Source: Squalus acanthias (taxonomy: Eukaryota). Taken from it: a stretch of 64,000 nt of DNA. Location of the stretch: assembly GCA_030390025.1 (NCBI GenBank), contig CM059431.1:122266001-122330000 (forward strand), in the 5' to 3' direction. Under the pieces are notes generated by a model. It had not been told where the DNA came from. It saw only the letters and a program-made list of their open reading frames with translations, and ran no database searches. Shown one piece after another: positions 1 to 12,217 of this stretch; position 1 is the first letter of the stretch; each line of letters begins with the position of its first letter. Position numbers and translations under genes: made by a program.

Positions 1-73
1 CAGCAATTGATGCTAGGTCAATTGTTAATTTTAAATCTGAAATTGATAGATTTCTGTTTACTTATGGTATTAA
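1..73 (+). mobile_element. CR1 LINE ORF2 C-terminal fragment
   Basis: Encodes AIDARSIVNFKSEIDRFL; matches the minus-strand CR1 copy at about 14340-14405. Confidence 0.7.
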
Positions 74-830
74 CACATCCTGCCAATCAGCTGCTGTATT
101 GCTAATTTATTTGGATGGCCAGCGTGCTGTTTTTGAGCTTTTGAGGACTTGGCTGCTGGAACAACACTCTAACAACACTCAGGACGAAAAGCCCGCTTGA
201 TCAGCACCCCATACACCACCTTAAACATTCACTCCCTCCACCACCGGCGCATCGTGGCTCCAGTGTGTACCATCTACAAGATGCACTGCAGCAACTTGCC
301 AAGTCTTCTTCGAAAACACCTCCCACATCTACGACCTCTACCACCTAGGAGGCCAAGGGAAGCAGGCGCATGGGAACACCAGCACCTCCAAGTTCCCCTT
401 CAAGTCACACACCATTCTGACTTGGACATATAGTGCCGATCCTTCATCGTCGCTGGGTCAAAATCCTGGTACTCCCTAATTAACAACACTGTGGGAGTAC
501 CTTTACTGCACTGACTGCAGCAGTTCAAGGCAGATCACCACCACCTTCCCAACAACAACAAAAACAACATGTATTTATATAGCACCTTTAACATAGTAAA
601 ATGTCCCAAGGCGCTTCACAGGAGTGTTAGCAAACAAAATTTGACATCGAGCCACATAAGGAGCTATTAGGACAGATGACCAAATGCTTGGTCAAAGAGG
701 TAAGTTTTAAAGAGCATCTTAAAGGAGGAGAAAATGGTAGAGAGGCAGAGAAGTTTAGTGAGGGAATTACAGAGCTTAGGGCCTAGGCAGCTGAAGGCAC
801 GGCCACCAATGGCCAAGCAATTAAAATTGG

Positions 831-1323
831 AATTTGCGGAACACCTCCGTTCAGTCCGTAAGGGTGACCCCGAGCTTCCGGTCGCCTATCACTTTAATTC
901 GCTACTCCACACCCACTCTGACCTCTCTGTCCTTGGCCTCTTACACTGTTCCACATAAGCTCAAGGAACAGCACCTCATCTTTTGATTAGGCACTTTACA
1001 GCCTTCTGGACTCAACATTGAGTTCAACAACTTCAGACTATAAACCCTACCCCCATTTTTCAGGCGGCTGTTGATGATTCTGCCATCCCCATTTGCAACA
1101 TTTAATCTCTCTTGCCTCCCACTCTAGCACAGACTGTTCCTTCAATTCTTTCCTTCCCCTCCCCTCCCCCTTTCCCTGTCTCTGCACCTGCTTAAAATCT
1201 GTTACATCTCTAACCTTTTCCAATTCTGATGAAGGGTCACAGACCAGAAATGTTAACTCTGTTTCTCTCTCCACGGATGCTGCCTGGCCTGCTGAGTGCT
1301 TCCAGCATTTTCTGTTGTTATTT
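831..1323 (+). mobile_element. Penelope-like element 3' fragment (GIY-YIG endonuclease C-terminus plus 3' UTR)
   Basis: Translates as FAEHLRSVRKGDPELPVAYHFNS..HSDLSVLGLLHC..EQHLIF*LGTLQPSGLNIEFNNFR. Flanking duplication CAATTAAAAT at 818-827 and 1324-1333. Confidence 0.85.
1222..1258 (+). ncRNA. Minimal type-I hammerhead ribozyme motif, partly decayed
   Basis: aatt-CTGATGA-a-GGGTC aca GACCA-GAA-ATGT-T-AACT. Core intact; stems carry substitutions relative to the 3208-3244 copy. Confidence 0.65.
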
Positions 1324-1939
1324 CAATTAAAATCGGGGATGCGCAAGAGGGCAGAATTGGAGGAGCGCAGAGATCTCAGAGGGTTGTAGGGCTGGGGGTG
1401 GTTACAGAGATTGGGAGGGGCGAGGCAATAAAGGGATTTGAAAATAAGGATGATCATTTTAAAATTGAGGCATTGCTGGACTGAGAGCCAATGTAGGTCA
1501 GCGAGCGCAGGGGTAGATGGGTGAAAGGGAATTGGTGCGAGTTAGGACATGGGCAGCAGAGTTTTGTATGAGCTCAAGTTCATAGAGGGTGAAAGATAGT
1601 AAGCCGGCTAGGAGAGCATTGGAATAATCAAGTCTAGAGGTAACAAAGGCATGGATGAGATTTTCAGCAGCAGATGAGCTGAGACAGGGGCGGAGTCGGG
1701 CAATGTTACAGAGGTGGAGGTAGGTGGTCTTGATGATGGAGCAGATATGTGGCCGGAAGCTCATCTCGGGGTCAATTATGACACCAAGGTTGTGAATGGT
1801 CTGGTTCAGCCTCAAACAGTTTCCAGGGAGAATGATGGAGTCGGTGGCTGGGGAACTGAGTTTTGGGCAACTAGGGATGGGCAATAAATACTGGCCTTGC
1901 CAGTGATGTTCACATCCCATTAATGAATAAACAAAACTG

Positions 1940-3065
1940 ACAGTAATTGTTTCTGAAAACACTTTGGTGAGTCAGCAGAGGGGTTTTGATCAGGGCCTTC
2001 TGGCATACCTCTGTTTGGTTTCAATGGGTTTGGTGCTTGCACTGCCAATGTGACTGGAAGAGGATGAGGAGCAAGCAGAATCCGCAGAGCTGCAACTGCA
2101 GAGAGAAGAGATAGAAGGAAAACAGCTCTCAGGAGGCCTTGCCCCACATAAGTGTACAGAAAAGAACTTGTTACGTGCAGCTCACCAAGGAATAGCGTGT
2201 GAGGAGGCTCTGCTTTACCAGGGAGACTGTTACAAAGCTCTGTCACCCTCTAGGATCACTAACAGCAGCCTAGGACAAGGTCACGTACATCCTTGCCTTT
2301 GGTTGTCAAAGTCACTGTAGCCCTGACCTTTTATGTCTCGGGGTCATTCCAGGCTAAAGCAGGTGACATCTGCAACATCAGACAATCAGCTGTGCCAGAT
2401 GATGGATATGTTCTTCACCAAAGCCAATGACTTCATATACTTCCTCATGGACGTCACAAAGCAGGAAGATGGGGCTCTTTGTTTTGCCAGAAGTGCAGGG
2501 TGCAGGGCATCGTCTTTCTGATAGCTGTCATAATGCCTTCATCCTGCACCAATCCTCGATCCCCCATCTTTAAACCCAAGTGAGTTTCGGTGCATCTTCA
2601 GTTGCAGGTTCTTCCTCTTCCTCCTCCTCTACTTCCAATGGGCTTGGGACTTCTTCAGGACCTGGAAAGAGGAAATAGAGAAAATGGTTATTAGCTAGAG
2701 GCCATGGTATATCATTGCAAAAGGTTGTTTGCTCAATGAAGTACCAGGCTGTGATGTAGACTGAGTGGGGAATAATAAAGTGACAAGAGAAATGGATGGT
2801 TATAGGGCCAAGCACCCTGTGGCATCCTTCCACTTGCCTTGTCCTCTGCAACAGCTTTGGCACTCACTTGTACTTCTCTGAGTACTTCAGTAGCCGCTCT
2901 GTGCCCTCTTCACACCTGTTCCGGGGTGAGCAGTGTACTGGCGGCATTTAAATAAGGGCCGGTGGTTAAAATCAGCATGGCCTCCTGCTGCCTCTGCCAG
3001 GTGGAAATAAATGTGCTGGAGCAGTTTCCCACCAGAAACCCACTCATAGTTATAATCCACCCCCT
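1940..3065. mobile_element. Degraded, internally deleted Harbinger transposon
   Basis: Plus strand 2020-2570 gives VRRLCFTRETVTKLC..SLPLVVKVTVALTFYVSGSFQAKAGDICNI (HARBI1-like). Minus strand 2575-2690 has an acceptor plus acidic exon like the Myb partner gene. TIR-like end aatccaccccc. Confidence 0.75.
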
Positions 3066-3146
3066 TCTCTTTAGCCTTTAACAATATCTTTTTGGTTGTT
3101 TTCCAAATTATTTGAAGAAAATAATTTCAAATGTGTTATTCAGACA

Positions 3147-3283
3147 CAACAACAGAAAATGCTGGAAACACTTAGCAGGTCAGGCAGCATCGTGGAAAGA
3201 GAAACAGAGTTAACGTTTCAGGTCAATGACCCTTCGTCAGAACTGGACAAAGTTGGAGAAATAACAGATTTTTAAGCAAGTGC
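3147..3283 (-). mobile_element. Short Penelope-like 3' end insertion
   Basis: Reverse complement of about 1185-1320; flanked by TATTCAGACA at 3137-3146 and 3284-3293. Confidence 0.8.
3208..3244 (-). ncRNA. Minimal type-I hammerhead ribozyme motif
   Basis: AGTT-CTGACGA-A-GGGTC att GACCT-GAA-ACGT-T-AACT: stem I AGUU/AACU, stem II GGGUC/GACCU, palindromic stem III ACGU. Confidence 0.8.
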
Positions 3284-3327
3284 TATTCAGACAGTTGCGT
3301 TTGTCTCAAAAAACAGATACAAACTGT

Positions 3328-5092
3328 GGGCTGGGTTTTGCCAGCGCTCAGAGGTTGGGTTTGGAGGCGGGTCCGCTGTCAAAATAGCAAAGATTGACAT
3401 CGGGTAGGAAATCCACTGTCAACCCGCCTCCACGCGAGTCTCCCAGGTGTCGAGTCTGTCAGCAGAGAACTGACCTGACACCAAACGGCAGGGGAGACAA
3501 TTGAGCTCATTAAATGGCTTGTTAAGAGTCAATTTAATGTTTTTTTGAGGCTTCCTTCCAATTTTACGTGCTCCCCCACGGGTTACCCGCTGCTCGGGGA
3601 ACACGCCAGCTCACCCTGGCGTGAGTTGAGTCTGCTCTGATGTTTCTGATAAGCTGACAGCTGCAGAAGTGGTGTAAAGGATGCCATGTTGCAGATGGTC
3701 AGTTTCATAGCGCAGAAAATGTTGTTTACTGCATTTGTAATACATATAGAGATTTCTTTAGCTTGCAAGTGTTTAGAGCCAACTGTATGTCCAGTGCCAC
3801 ATCATTGGAACAACCTCTCTCACCATTGACAGATCGCTTCTGTCATCTCAACTGCAGCTGACATCTATGGCAGCAACATCGGTGCCCTAGAAACGAATCT
3901 CACCTTGCTCCTCTGATTCCTTCCACACTCAGCCCCAACACCAACATCACCAGGCACACCAGCAGCACCAACAACAACACCAACCTTCTCCGCCATCACC
4001 TGATGCTGCACTGGGCACAGGGCATCAGCCTCTGACAACATTGCTGCCCAGGAGTCCAGCGATGACATCACCATGGCCAGATTTACTTCACTTGACGCTG
4101 TTAACCCTGGCTGCCACATGATGCGCCAGGTTGACACCATCCCACACCAGCAGCGTGAAGCATCCCTTTAATGTCCAAGCCATTCCATGCACACTCATCG
4201 CTATAGCAGGAGTATGGGGAAGTTATGTCTCAACATTCACTGGAACTCAGTAAAACACTTCTTAAGGTGCGCACAGATCTGTCCAATAAGGGGCAGTGTT
4301 GAAAATATAGATTTCACTGTATGACAACACATTATCAGAAACTTCACATGGGCATTGGCTCAACCTCTCAAGTGCCTACCCTTGTGTGTTGTTAGTTGGT
4401 ATGCTTGCAGTAGGATGAGGGTGAGTGTGAGGGGTGGCTAGTGAGATGGGGAAGTGATAATGTAGAAAGAGAGGGATGGGTGGAGGTGCAAGGTAAGTTG
4501 GTGTGAGTAAGGATGTGCAGGAGAAGCGTATGGAAGGTAGAGTGATGGGGATGTGTTGAGTGGCACAGCAGGGTGAGTTTGAGTGTGGCTTTGCAGTAAC
4601 GTTTCGTGATCCACTGTGATCATTGAGAGGTTGGTGCCACTGCAGCCTGGTCCTCCTGACGACATCCCTGCTTTTTCCCTCCTGTTCAATGTGAAACCAG
4701 ACTGCGATGGTGTCCTGGGGAGTTCTCTTCCGCCCTTGGAAGGGAAGAGAACCTCCCTGCATGCTGTGACTCCCTCCATAAGCATAAGGAGGGAGTCATT
4801 GGAGAGCCTGGGTGCAACCGTCCACCTTTGTGCAGTGCTTGTCAGTGTTTGCAGCTCCTCAATGCTGTAGAACACTAACAGAACAACTGTGGTTGTGGTT
4901 CCTTTAAGGAAACCGGCTGATGACGCGTCATCAAATGACGTCATCAAACCCGCTACCTGCTAATTGGCCGGGAAGCCCGCAGGGCAGGCTTCAAAAGGCC
5001 AATCAAGAGAAAATCCCTTTGACAGAGTGGGACCGGAACCAGGCAACCAGCTATCACACCACCATCCCGACACCACTGAGAAAATCCAGCCC
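3328..5092 (-). mobile_element. Non-autonomous Harbinger element retaining the Myb/SANT gene 5' part
   Basis: TIRs GGGCTGGGTTTT and AAAATCCAGCCC; 3-bp TSD TGT. Minus strand reads APRLSNDSLLMLMEGVTACREVLFPS. Confidence 0.85.
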
Positions 5093-6589
5093 TGTGTTTC
5101 TGTGTGTGCTTACGGAAAAAAAGGAACATTTCCAACAGAACAGATGGCAAAGCTATACCAGGAGAACATTGCAGAAATTCAGGGTGTAAATGTTAAATTT
5201 GCTATATTGTATAGAGAACCAAGTCAATCCATTTTTAGTTTTTCACTACTCAATATCAAAAAGGTTTTTATTTTGATTTTGCTACATAAAACCTCCTTAA
5301 TCTATAAATATTTGAGAGGCCACTGTGCAGCACTGTCGAATGAGGCTCCTCCTAACAGCACAATTTCATAAAAACAGCCATTAATTTAATTTAGAACATC
5401 TAACATCTGTGTATAAATCTTCGCATCCATTATTCTTCATTTCAGGTACATTATTAAAATTAACAAGTGCTTTCATGTTTATTACAACTTTAAATAGGAA
5501 TGTAAAATAGGAAGCCAGAAAACAAAAGGCAAATTTAAATATCCACTGAATGTTCAGAAATGGCTATTAACACCAAATAACTAGTTTACAATTTCAACTA
5601 GTTTGAACATGGGACCTAAGGGCAAGATTCTTGGAAGGGAGCAATTTAAATGTATTTAGGAAATGCCACGGATCCTATAACTGGAAGCTATTTATATATC
5701 AAGTAAATTACAGGTTTCAATACATTGCTTCACAGAGGAGATGAATTTGCAACTCTGCAGGCTCCGAGTGTAAATTGCAAAATCATATCAAATAAAATAC
5801 AAGGCACAATCAATTTTAATTGTCACGATTATGAGACTATGAGCTGAATGGTTGTCTATATTCTGTTCAGGCAGACTTGTTCACTGCTGATATTCTGAGC
5901 AAGTTGAATCACAATTACTTCGAATTAGCTGCAAGACAGAAAAAAACAAATCTGTACCTACCAATGAACTAGAAGCATGCCTTCCAGAATTCTTTTGATT
6001 TAATTACTATAAGCTGATTAGCACTGAAGCAGAAGCTAAGAGTTTTAATTTAATGATTATAGAGTATCAGTCTGACGAGAGAGCAGCAAGCAATGGAAGT
6101 CCTCATGCTATCACCATAATAACATAGATCAATGCCGAATTGGCTGCATTTAATGGAGGATATTTTACCCAAGTTCAGAAATATAATCGGTTTCATGCAC
6201 CGATGTATTCCAATGTCGAAAATAATGTATTTATTGCCTTTTATTGAAATGTAAAATAAATGTGTTTTTTGGTGTGTACTAGAGTTTTGTATTGTCAGGA
6301 ATACCCTAACATACATTGCTTCACAGGTGACAATATTTTAAAATGTTTCATTTTTCTTGAAATGATGTTATGCAAATATTAGTGTATGAATGCTTAACAC
6401 ATTTGTATAAAATTCCTTAGACTGCTGTTTTAATGGTAGCATTAATTGTTCAACACTAATATTCACACAGCTTACTTTCAAGGCCAAAATGTTATTTGAA
6501 AATAAAGTTCCATGTTAGAGACTGTCTGGAAAGAGACAATTGTGTTCACTTCAACAATATATCGTGTTGATAGTGTATGAGGTGTCCAT

Positions 6590-7169
6590 AGGCTGAATTT
6601 TTCTCTGCTTTCCTTTCCAAAATTGGGCAGAAAAGTGGCAAAATGGCAGGAAAAAAAGCTGGTGAGGCCTACAGCTGCCTCCCAGCCTTGTCCTTAATTT
6701 CCCTCCTGCTCACTCCTGTTGCCACCATTCCCGAGGACCGTCTGGTGGAAGGTGGTGGTATGTCTGCTATAACAATTGGAATACCCCCAAAATGGAGCCA
6801 TGGAGAAAGAAGACCTAGTAGAAGCCTCTTCTCCCTGCAATTTTAAACCATTCACTTACCTTCGGAGGTCTCGGTCTCTGCTGCGGCCTATAAGGCTGCT
6901 GCTCTTTCTGTCTTCAGAGGCTTTCTGCCCTTTTACAGTCTGCCGTTGCCTCTTGTGGTGCTGCAACGGCATTCCCGCTGTAGTATTGGTGGAGGTTCCA
7001 TGGTGTCACTGGTGACCTCCCTATTGGCAGCAGGAATCCTGCTGGGAGCCTGTTGTACATGAGTGATGACGTCCAACCAGGAAGATGATTTTGGGTTGCG
7101 GTGGTATAGGTGAGGTAGGCAGAGATCTCGCTTCACCAGAGCACCATCGTAAAGAGGAAAATCCAACAC
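6590..7169. mobile_element. Harbinger-type MITE
   Basis: Imperfect TIRs AGGCTGAATTTTTC and GGAAAATCCAACAC; CAT on both flanks. Confidence 0.6.
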
Positions 7170-7554
7170 CATGGGCAGAATTTTCTGGAGGAAGGGGAGT
7201 TGGGACGGGCGGGCTCCGATGCAGTCAGGAAACCCGGGAGTCTGGATTTCCCGCAGGCTCTGCCGACTTTAACGGCAGGGCCTGATTTGCATGTGAGACC
7301 TCGGTTTCCTTCCCGCAGCCAGCCAGATTGAGCGGCTGGCTGACTGTGGGGGTAGGCCTGTGGCCGCATGGAGCAGGGGGGGTGGGGGGGTATGCCTGAG
7401 GACCGGGGGACCAGGCAATGGATTGGGGTGGGGGGGAAGAGAGGACTCGGGGCCGGGCAATGGATCGGTGGGGGGTGGGGGTAGAGGTCCGGGGATCGGG
7501 GCCAAGCAGACGATCGGGGGGAGGGAGAGAGGACTGGGGATCAGACCGGGGGAT

Positions 7555-8022
7555 AAAAAGAAAGACTTGCATTTATATAGCACCTTTCATGACCACCGGA
7601 TGTCTCAAAGTGCTCTACAGCCAATGAAGTACTTTTGGAATGTAGTCACTGTTGTAATGTGGGAAACGTGGCAGCCAATTCTCACACAGCAAGATCTCAC
7701 AAACAGCAATGTGATAATGACCAGTTAAACTGATTTTGTTATGTTGATTGAGGGATAAATAGTGACCAGGACACCGGGGATAACTCCCCTGCTCTTCTTT
7801 GAAAAAGTGCCATGGGATCTTTTACGTCCACCTGCGAGAGCAGATGGGGCCTTGGTTTAACATCTCATCTGAAAGACAGCATCTCTGATAGTGCAGCACT
7901 CCCTCAGCATTGTACTGGAGTGTCAGCCTAGCTTTTTGTGCTCAAGTCCCTGGAGCGGGACTTGAACCCACAACCTTCGAACTCAGAGGTGAGTGTGCTA
8001 CCAACTGAGCCACAGCTCACAC
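7555..8022 (-). mobile_element. Full-length SacSINE1/DeuSINE-type SINE
   Basis: tRNA-like A and B boxes (GGCTCAGTTGGTAG, GGGTTCAAGTCC), central Deu-like domain and L2-type tail ATATAAATGCAAGTCTTTCTTT. Confidence 0.85.
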
Positions 8023-8034
8023 TGAAGCTTCGGA

Positions 8035-8465
8035 GGGGAGAGAGGACCGGGGATCGGGCCGGGGGAAGCATTGGTCGGGGGAGAGAGGACCGGGGATCGG
8101 GCCGGGGGAAGCATTGGTCGGGGGAGAGAGGACCGGGGATCGGGCCGGGGGAAGCATTGGTCGGGGGAGAGAGGACCGGGGATCGGGCCGGGGGAAGCAT
8201 TGGTCGGGGGAGAGAGGACCGGAGATCGGGCCGGGGGAAGCATTGGTCGGGGGAGAGAGGACCGGAGATCGGGCCGGGGGAAGCACTGGTCGGGGGAGAG
8301 AGGACCAGGGATCGGGCCGGGGGAAGCACTGGTCAGGGGAGAGAGGACGGGGGATCGGGCCGGGGGAAGCATCGTGGGGGAGAGAGGACCGGGGATCGGG
8401 CCGGGGGAAGCATTGGTCAGGGGAGAGAGGACCGGGGATCGGGCCGGGGGAAGCATCGTGGGGGA
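8035..8465 (+). repeat. 43-bp G-rich minisatellite, about 10 copies
   Basis: Unit GGGGAGAGAGGACCGGGGATCGGGCCGGGGGAAGCATTGGTCG. Confidence 0.95.
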
Positions 8466-9928
8466 GTTTGGGCAGAGATGGGAGGGGGAGAGAGATGAAC
8501 AGGGCCAGCCGCTGGGGGATTGCGGCTGGCCTCAGAACCATTGTGGAGTGGGGAGGCCTGGGGGCGGTGTGGAGGCCTGGGGAGGTGGTTGGAGACCTGG
8601 TGGGAGATCTCCGATCACGGGAGGTGGGTTAGGCAGGGTCCCTGGATCCAGGAGGTAGATATAAAGCCATTTACCTCCTGGGTCCAGGATTCCCCATCTT
8701 GCTTTAACTGCTGGGTTTCACGCCCTTGTCCCGCCTCTGTTAAAACCGGTGTGGGCGGGTTGGAGAAGGATCAGGTCGGGATTCCCATTTTTAACAATTT
8801 AACTACCCCCACGCTCTAAACCCACCCCTTTTTTAGGTTAAACCCACCCCCCCCATGCGTCTATAAAGAGCACAGTAGCATCTGGTGATGGTGATTGATT
8901 TTGCCAGTAATCCAAATGATCCATTGATCATTATAGATGATTCTTTATATATACTGCTGCGTAGAGCTGATGGGCACTTTAAACTGCTCGTGATCAGCTG
9001 CTCACTCCCTCATCCCAGCCTTTCCGCTTAACATAAGTGTGTTCCATACCAACCATTAATACGAGCTGATTTAAGTGCCCTTGTTTTTTTTTTGGTATAT
9101 TGATTTGGTCCCAAACTGGCACTGAGAGTGGAGCACAGGTCAGCACTTTATGGTCAAACAATTACTTGTTGAACGATGATTATGGAATTTCTTATAAAAT
9201 CTTCAAATGAATTTCAAAGAACATCATGAACATAGACCACTATGGGAGGTCTTCCCTTAATAGACTGAACGTGTATATTGGAAAGAAAATGCCATCAACC
9301 ATAATTATTATTTCACTTGTCCCATTAATATCATTATCAATACCCCTCTGAACAATTTAAGAAAAATGATAATCCCTATCTAGAATCCTCTGCAGTAATA
9401 TTGCACTTGACTAACACTCAGATACCAGATTTCAGACATTAACCCTACTTTGGGAGTAATTGCTGAATTTCTTTCAGTGAATGAATGAATTACCACATAT
9501 TGAGTAAAATAATCATTACTGAGGGGTGAACCTGAATAAATTAAGTCAACCAGCAATTTGTGTCACTTTTTAATTCACTACATATGTATTTTGAAAACAT
9601 TTGAATAGGGTTTTGGTATCTTACACTCGGTTAGAGAAATGGTCAGTCACAAATCTGCTACATGGCTACATTGGTGTCAGCTGTGGCTCAGCCTATGAGT
9701 TCAAAGGTTATGGGTTCAAGTCCCACTCCAGGGTCTTGAGCACAAAATCTATGCTGACACTACAGTGCAGTGATGAGGGGGTGCTGCACTGTCGTAGGTG
9801 CTGTCTTTCGGATGAGACGTTAACGCGAGGCCTCGTCTGACCTCTCAGGTGGACGTAAAAGATCCCATGGCACTATTTTAATGAAGAGCAGGGAGTTCTC
9901 CCTGCTGTCCTGGCCAATATTTATCCCT

Positions 9929-11560
9929 TGTAGAATTCGCAATATATCGCGATTTTATTAATAAGGAGAAAACACAGAGTTTCGTTCAAACAGCTTTTAT
10001 TTCAGCAGAATGCTGACAGGTTTAAAGTGGACACAAGCAGCCTGTAAAATGGCCGCCGCACCTCGTGACAGAACATTCTAGACTTTTCAACAGGCAGACA
10101 AGATGGCGTTCCAATAAACATTTGTGCAAGATCGATTAAGAGTCAGCACAGTGAAGATAATACACGAGACATTATGGGTTTACAGTATACACATAGATAC
10201 TGAAATCGGTCTCCCAGGTACAAAGGAAAGCCATTGTACCGAGTAATCAAGGGCCCATCCAAAAGACATTAATATGTAAAATCCCAACGACTCTACGATG
10301 AGAGAGCCGTTAGCAGGTAGTTATACAGGACACTTGGAAGCCCCAAAACCCCTCCAGGGAGAACACCGACCGATTTAACAATGGGAGAAATATTAACAGG
10401 TACTCAGACATTTACGAGTAGCCCCGAAACCCATTAAGAACGGAGATCACCCATACAAGACATTTGAGCGCCAGACCTTAAACAAAAGAATGGACATTAT
10501 AGTTGGGCGGGAAACGGAAGATTTTGCACTATAATTGCAGGCTCCAAACCGTCCATCTCTCTCTTGCTGCTCTTATCATCGTGGCTGCTCCTGTGTACTC
10601 GTAGTTGGGCTTCTGCTTGCCTGTTGCCTCTTTTGAAAAGGACTGTTGAACTTTCTGATCCGTTCGGATCTACCTCGTGTCGCGTAACGAAGACCTATGT
10701 TGGTAACTGGCAGCGGAACCAAAGGCCCGAGATGAGATGAGATGAGATGAGATGAGATGAGATGAGAAGAGAGGAAGACCATATCCATCGCCACGGTCAG
10801 TAAATCCCGACCGCGCCTGTAGGTCGATTAGCCAAGTTTTCCTTGCCAGGAAGACTTCTTCGAACTTGCAAAGAAACATATCGTATCGATGATATCGACA
10901 ACTGTGCTCGAAGAGTACCTGTTAAACCAACCAACACAGGTCTTCATCACAGCAGACGTTCCAGCCTGCTAGCCGGAGCAGCAGAAGCAAGTAAACAAGT
11001 GGGACCAGGAGATCTCCTGACTGACACGTGGGTGCTGCGGTGAAAAACATCCGATCAGCTATTCGGAATTTTCTCCGAGTTATCACGAGTGGTGAGCATG
11101 AGTCTCGAGATCCTACGAATCTAGTTTAGGATAGATATTGATAGGGGAGGGTTTAAGGATTAAGGATATTTGTAATGTGTGCCCCTATTTACTTTGTGCC
11201 GTTCGTTCCTCGTTTCCCTAAGATCGACTATATAACTGTTTGTAAGATTGTACTGTCATTAATCTGTGCTTATGACATGTATTTCATAATCTCAAGTATC
11301 ATGCAATAAAGATTTTCCACTTCGTACCATTCAAACCAAGTCTACATGAGTTTCATCTCCATTACTGCTCTCGCATCTAAGTCCAGTGTCTAGAACCGTA
11401 AGGGAGAGTGATTCGAACCACTCACAGGTGTGTCTAGTGTTCCCAGACTGGCTGGAGACCAGAACAGGCAACGAGGCCTAGACCCGCACTGACATACAGG
11501 CTGCACAGAGCCGCGTGAATCTCACAGGCTGCGAGACACGCACGGTCAGAATCCCTTACA
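9929..11560 (+). mobile_element. Solo LTR, 1632 bp
   Basis: TGTA..TACA termini; 4-bp TSD CCCT (9925-9928, 11561-11564); TATA-like CTATAA at about 10529; AATAAA at about 11305; no coding region. Confidence 0.85.
10729..10766 (+). repeat. (GAGAT)n microsatellite inside the LTR
   Basis: About 7 tandem GAGAT units. Confidence 0.95.
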
Positions 11561-12217
11561 CCCTCAACCAACACCTAAAAAGAGATTAAGTGGTCATTAT
11601 CATGTTGCTGTTTGTGGGATCTTGTTGTGCGCAAATTGGTTGCCGCGTTTCCCACATTACACCACTTCAAAAAGTACTTAGTTGGCTGTAAAGGACTTTG
11701 GGAGATCTTGAGGGATGAAAGGCACCAGATAAATGTCGGTCTTTCTTTCCTTTAAATGTAAAACTGCTGTAATTTATAGAACTATTTGGATTCAATATTA
11801 TTCACTGATGTAATCACCACAGGATTTTAGGAGCATCTACAATAATTATGTCCTTTCAATAAATAGTGCCTAATATCACATTGAATATTATAACAACACT
11901 GAAAATTGAAGGCAGGATCCTTACAAAGCAAAGTGGATGTGTGCATAACTATTTTATGAAGATCCTAAACAACAATCAGAATCTAAAGTCCTTTAGCTGT
12001 TCTAGTCAAAATTTGAAATCCTTTGAAATCAAATGTTGCCAGCTCCTCCTAATAAGGTCAACACAAAGAGTATTAAAAATAAACTAGATAATATTACATA
12101 AAATGAGACTACCAACTTATAACAGCAAAAACAATCTTCCCTCTCAGCCATCGGAATATTAGTCTTGTACTTCTGTTTGTAATTCATTCAGTATTATTTA
12201 TGATAATGTGACATTGA

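Larger units (their letters stand above)
551..1864 (-). mobile_element. L2 LINE, 5'-truncated, interrupted by a Penelope fragment
   Basis: Motifs NLGVIIDPEMSF and LIHAFVTSRLDYSNALLAGL..IQNSAA; L2-type tail with (TTG)n at 551-590. Confidence 0.9.
170..1935 (+). mobile_element. CR1/L2-group LINE 3' end (170-550 and 1865-1935), split by an L2 insertion
   Basis: ORF 197-433 (LNIHSLHHRR..VCTIYKMHCSN). The sequence resumes at 1865 (gggcaactagggatgggcaataaa). The copy at 57640-58010 shows both halves contiguous. Confidence 0.7.
7173..8853. mobile_element. Harbinger-type MITE carrying a SINE and a minisatellite
   Basis: Starts GGGCAGAATTTTC and ends TAAACCCACCCC; CAT flanks; GC-rich body. Confidence 0.6.
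9674..11749 (+). mobile_element. SacSINE1/DeuSINE-type SINE split by a solo LTR (9674-9928 and 11561-11749)
   Basis: The halves join at ..atttatccct|caacc.. as in the window's other copies. Confidence 0.85.

Noticed and set aside
8035..8465. CRISPR-like array
   Set aside because: Units are head-to-tail with no unique spacers, the context is eukaryotic and there are no cas genes.
7928..8658. Six overlapping 133-195-aa Gly/Arg/Pro-rich ORFs
   Set aside because: They are translations of the stop-free 43-bp minisatellite.
10576..11043. Accessory-gene ORFs in the LTR
   Set aside because: Short, partly made of the microsatellite, with no motifs.
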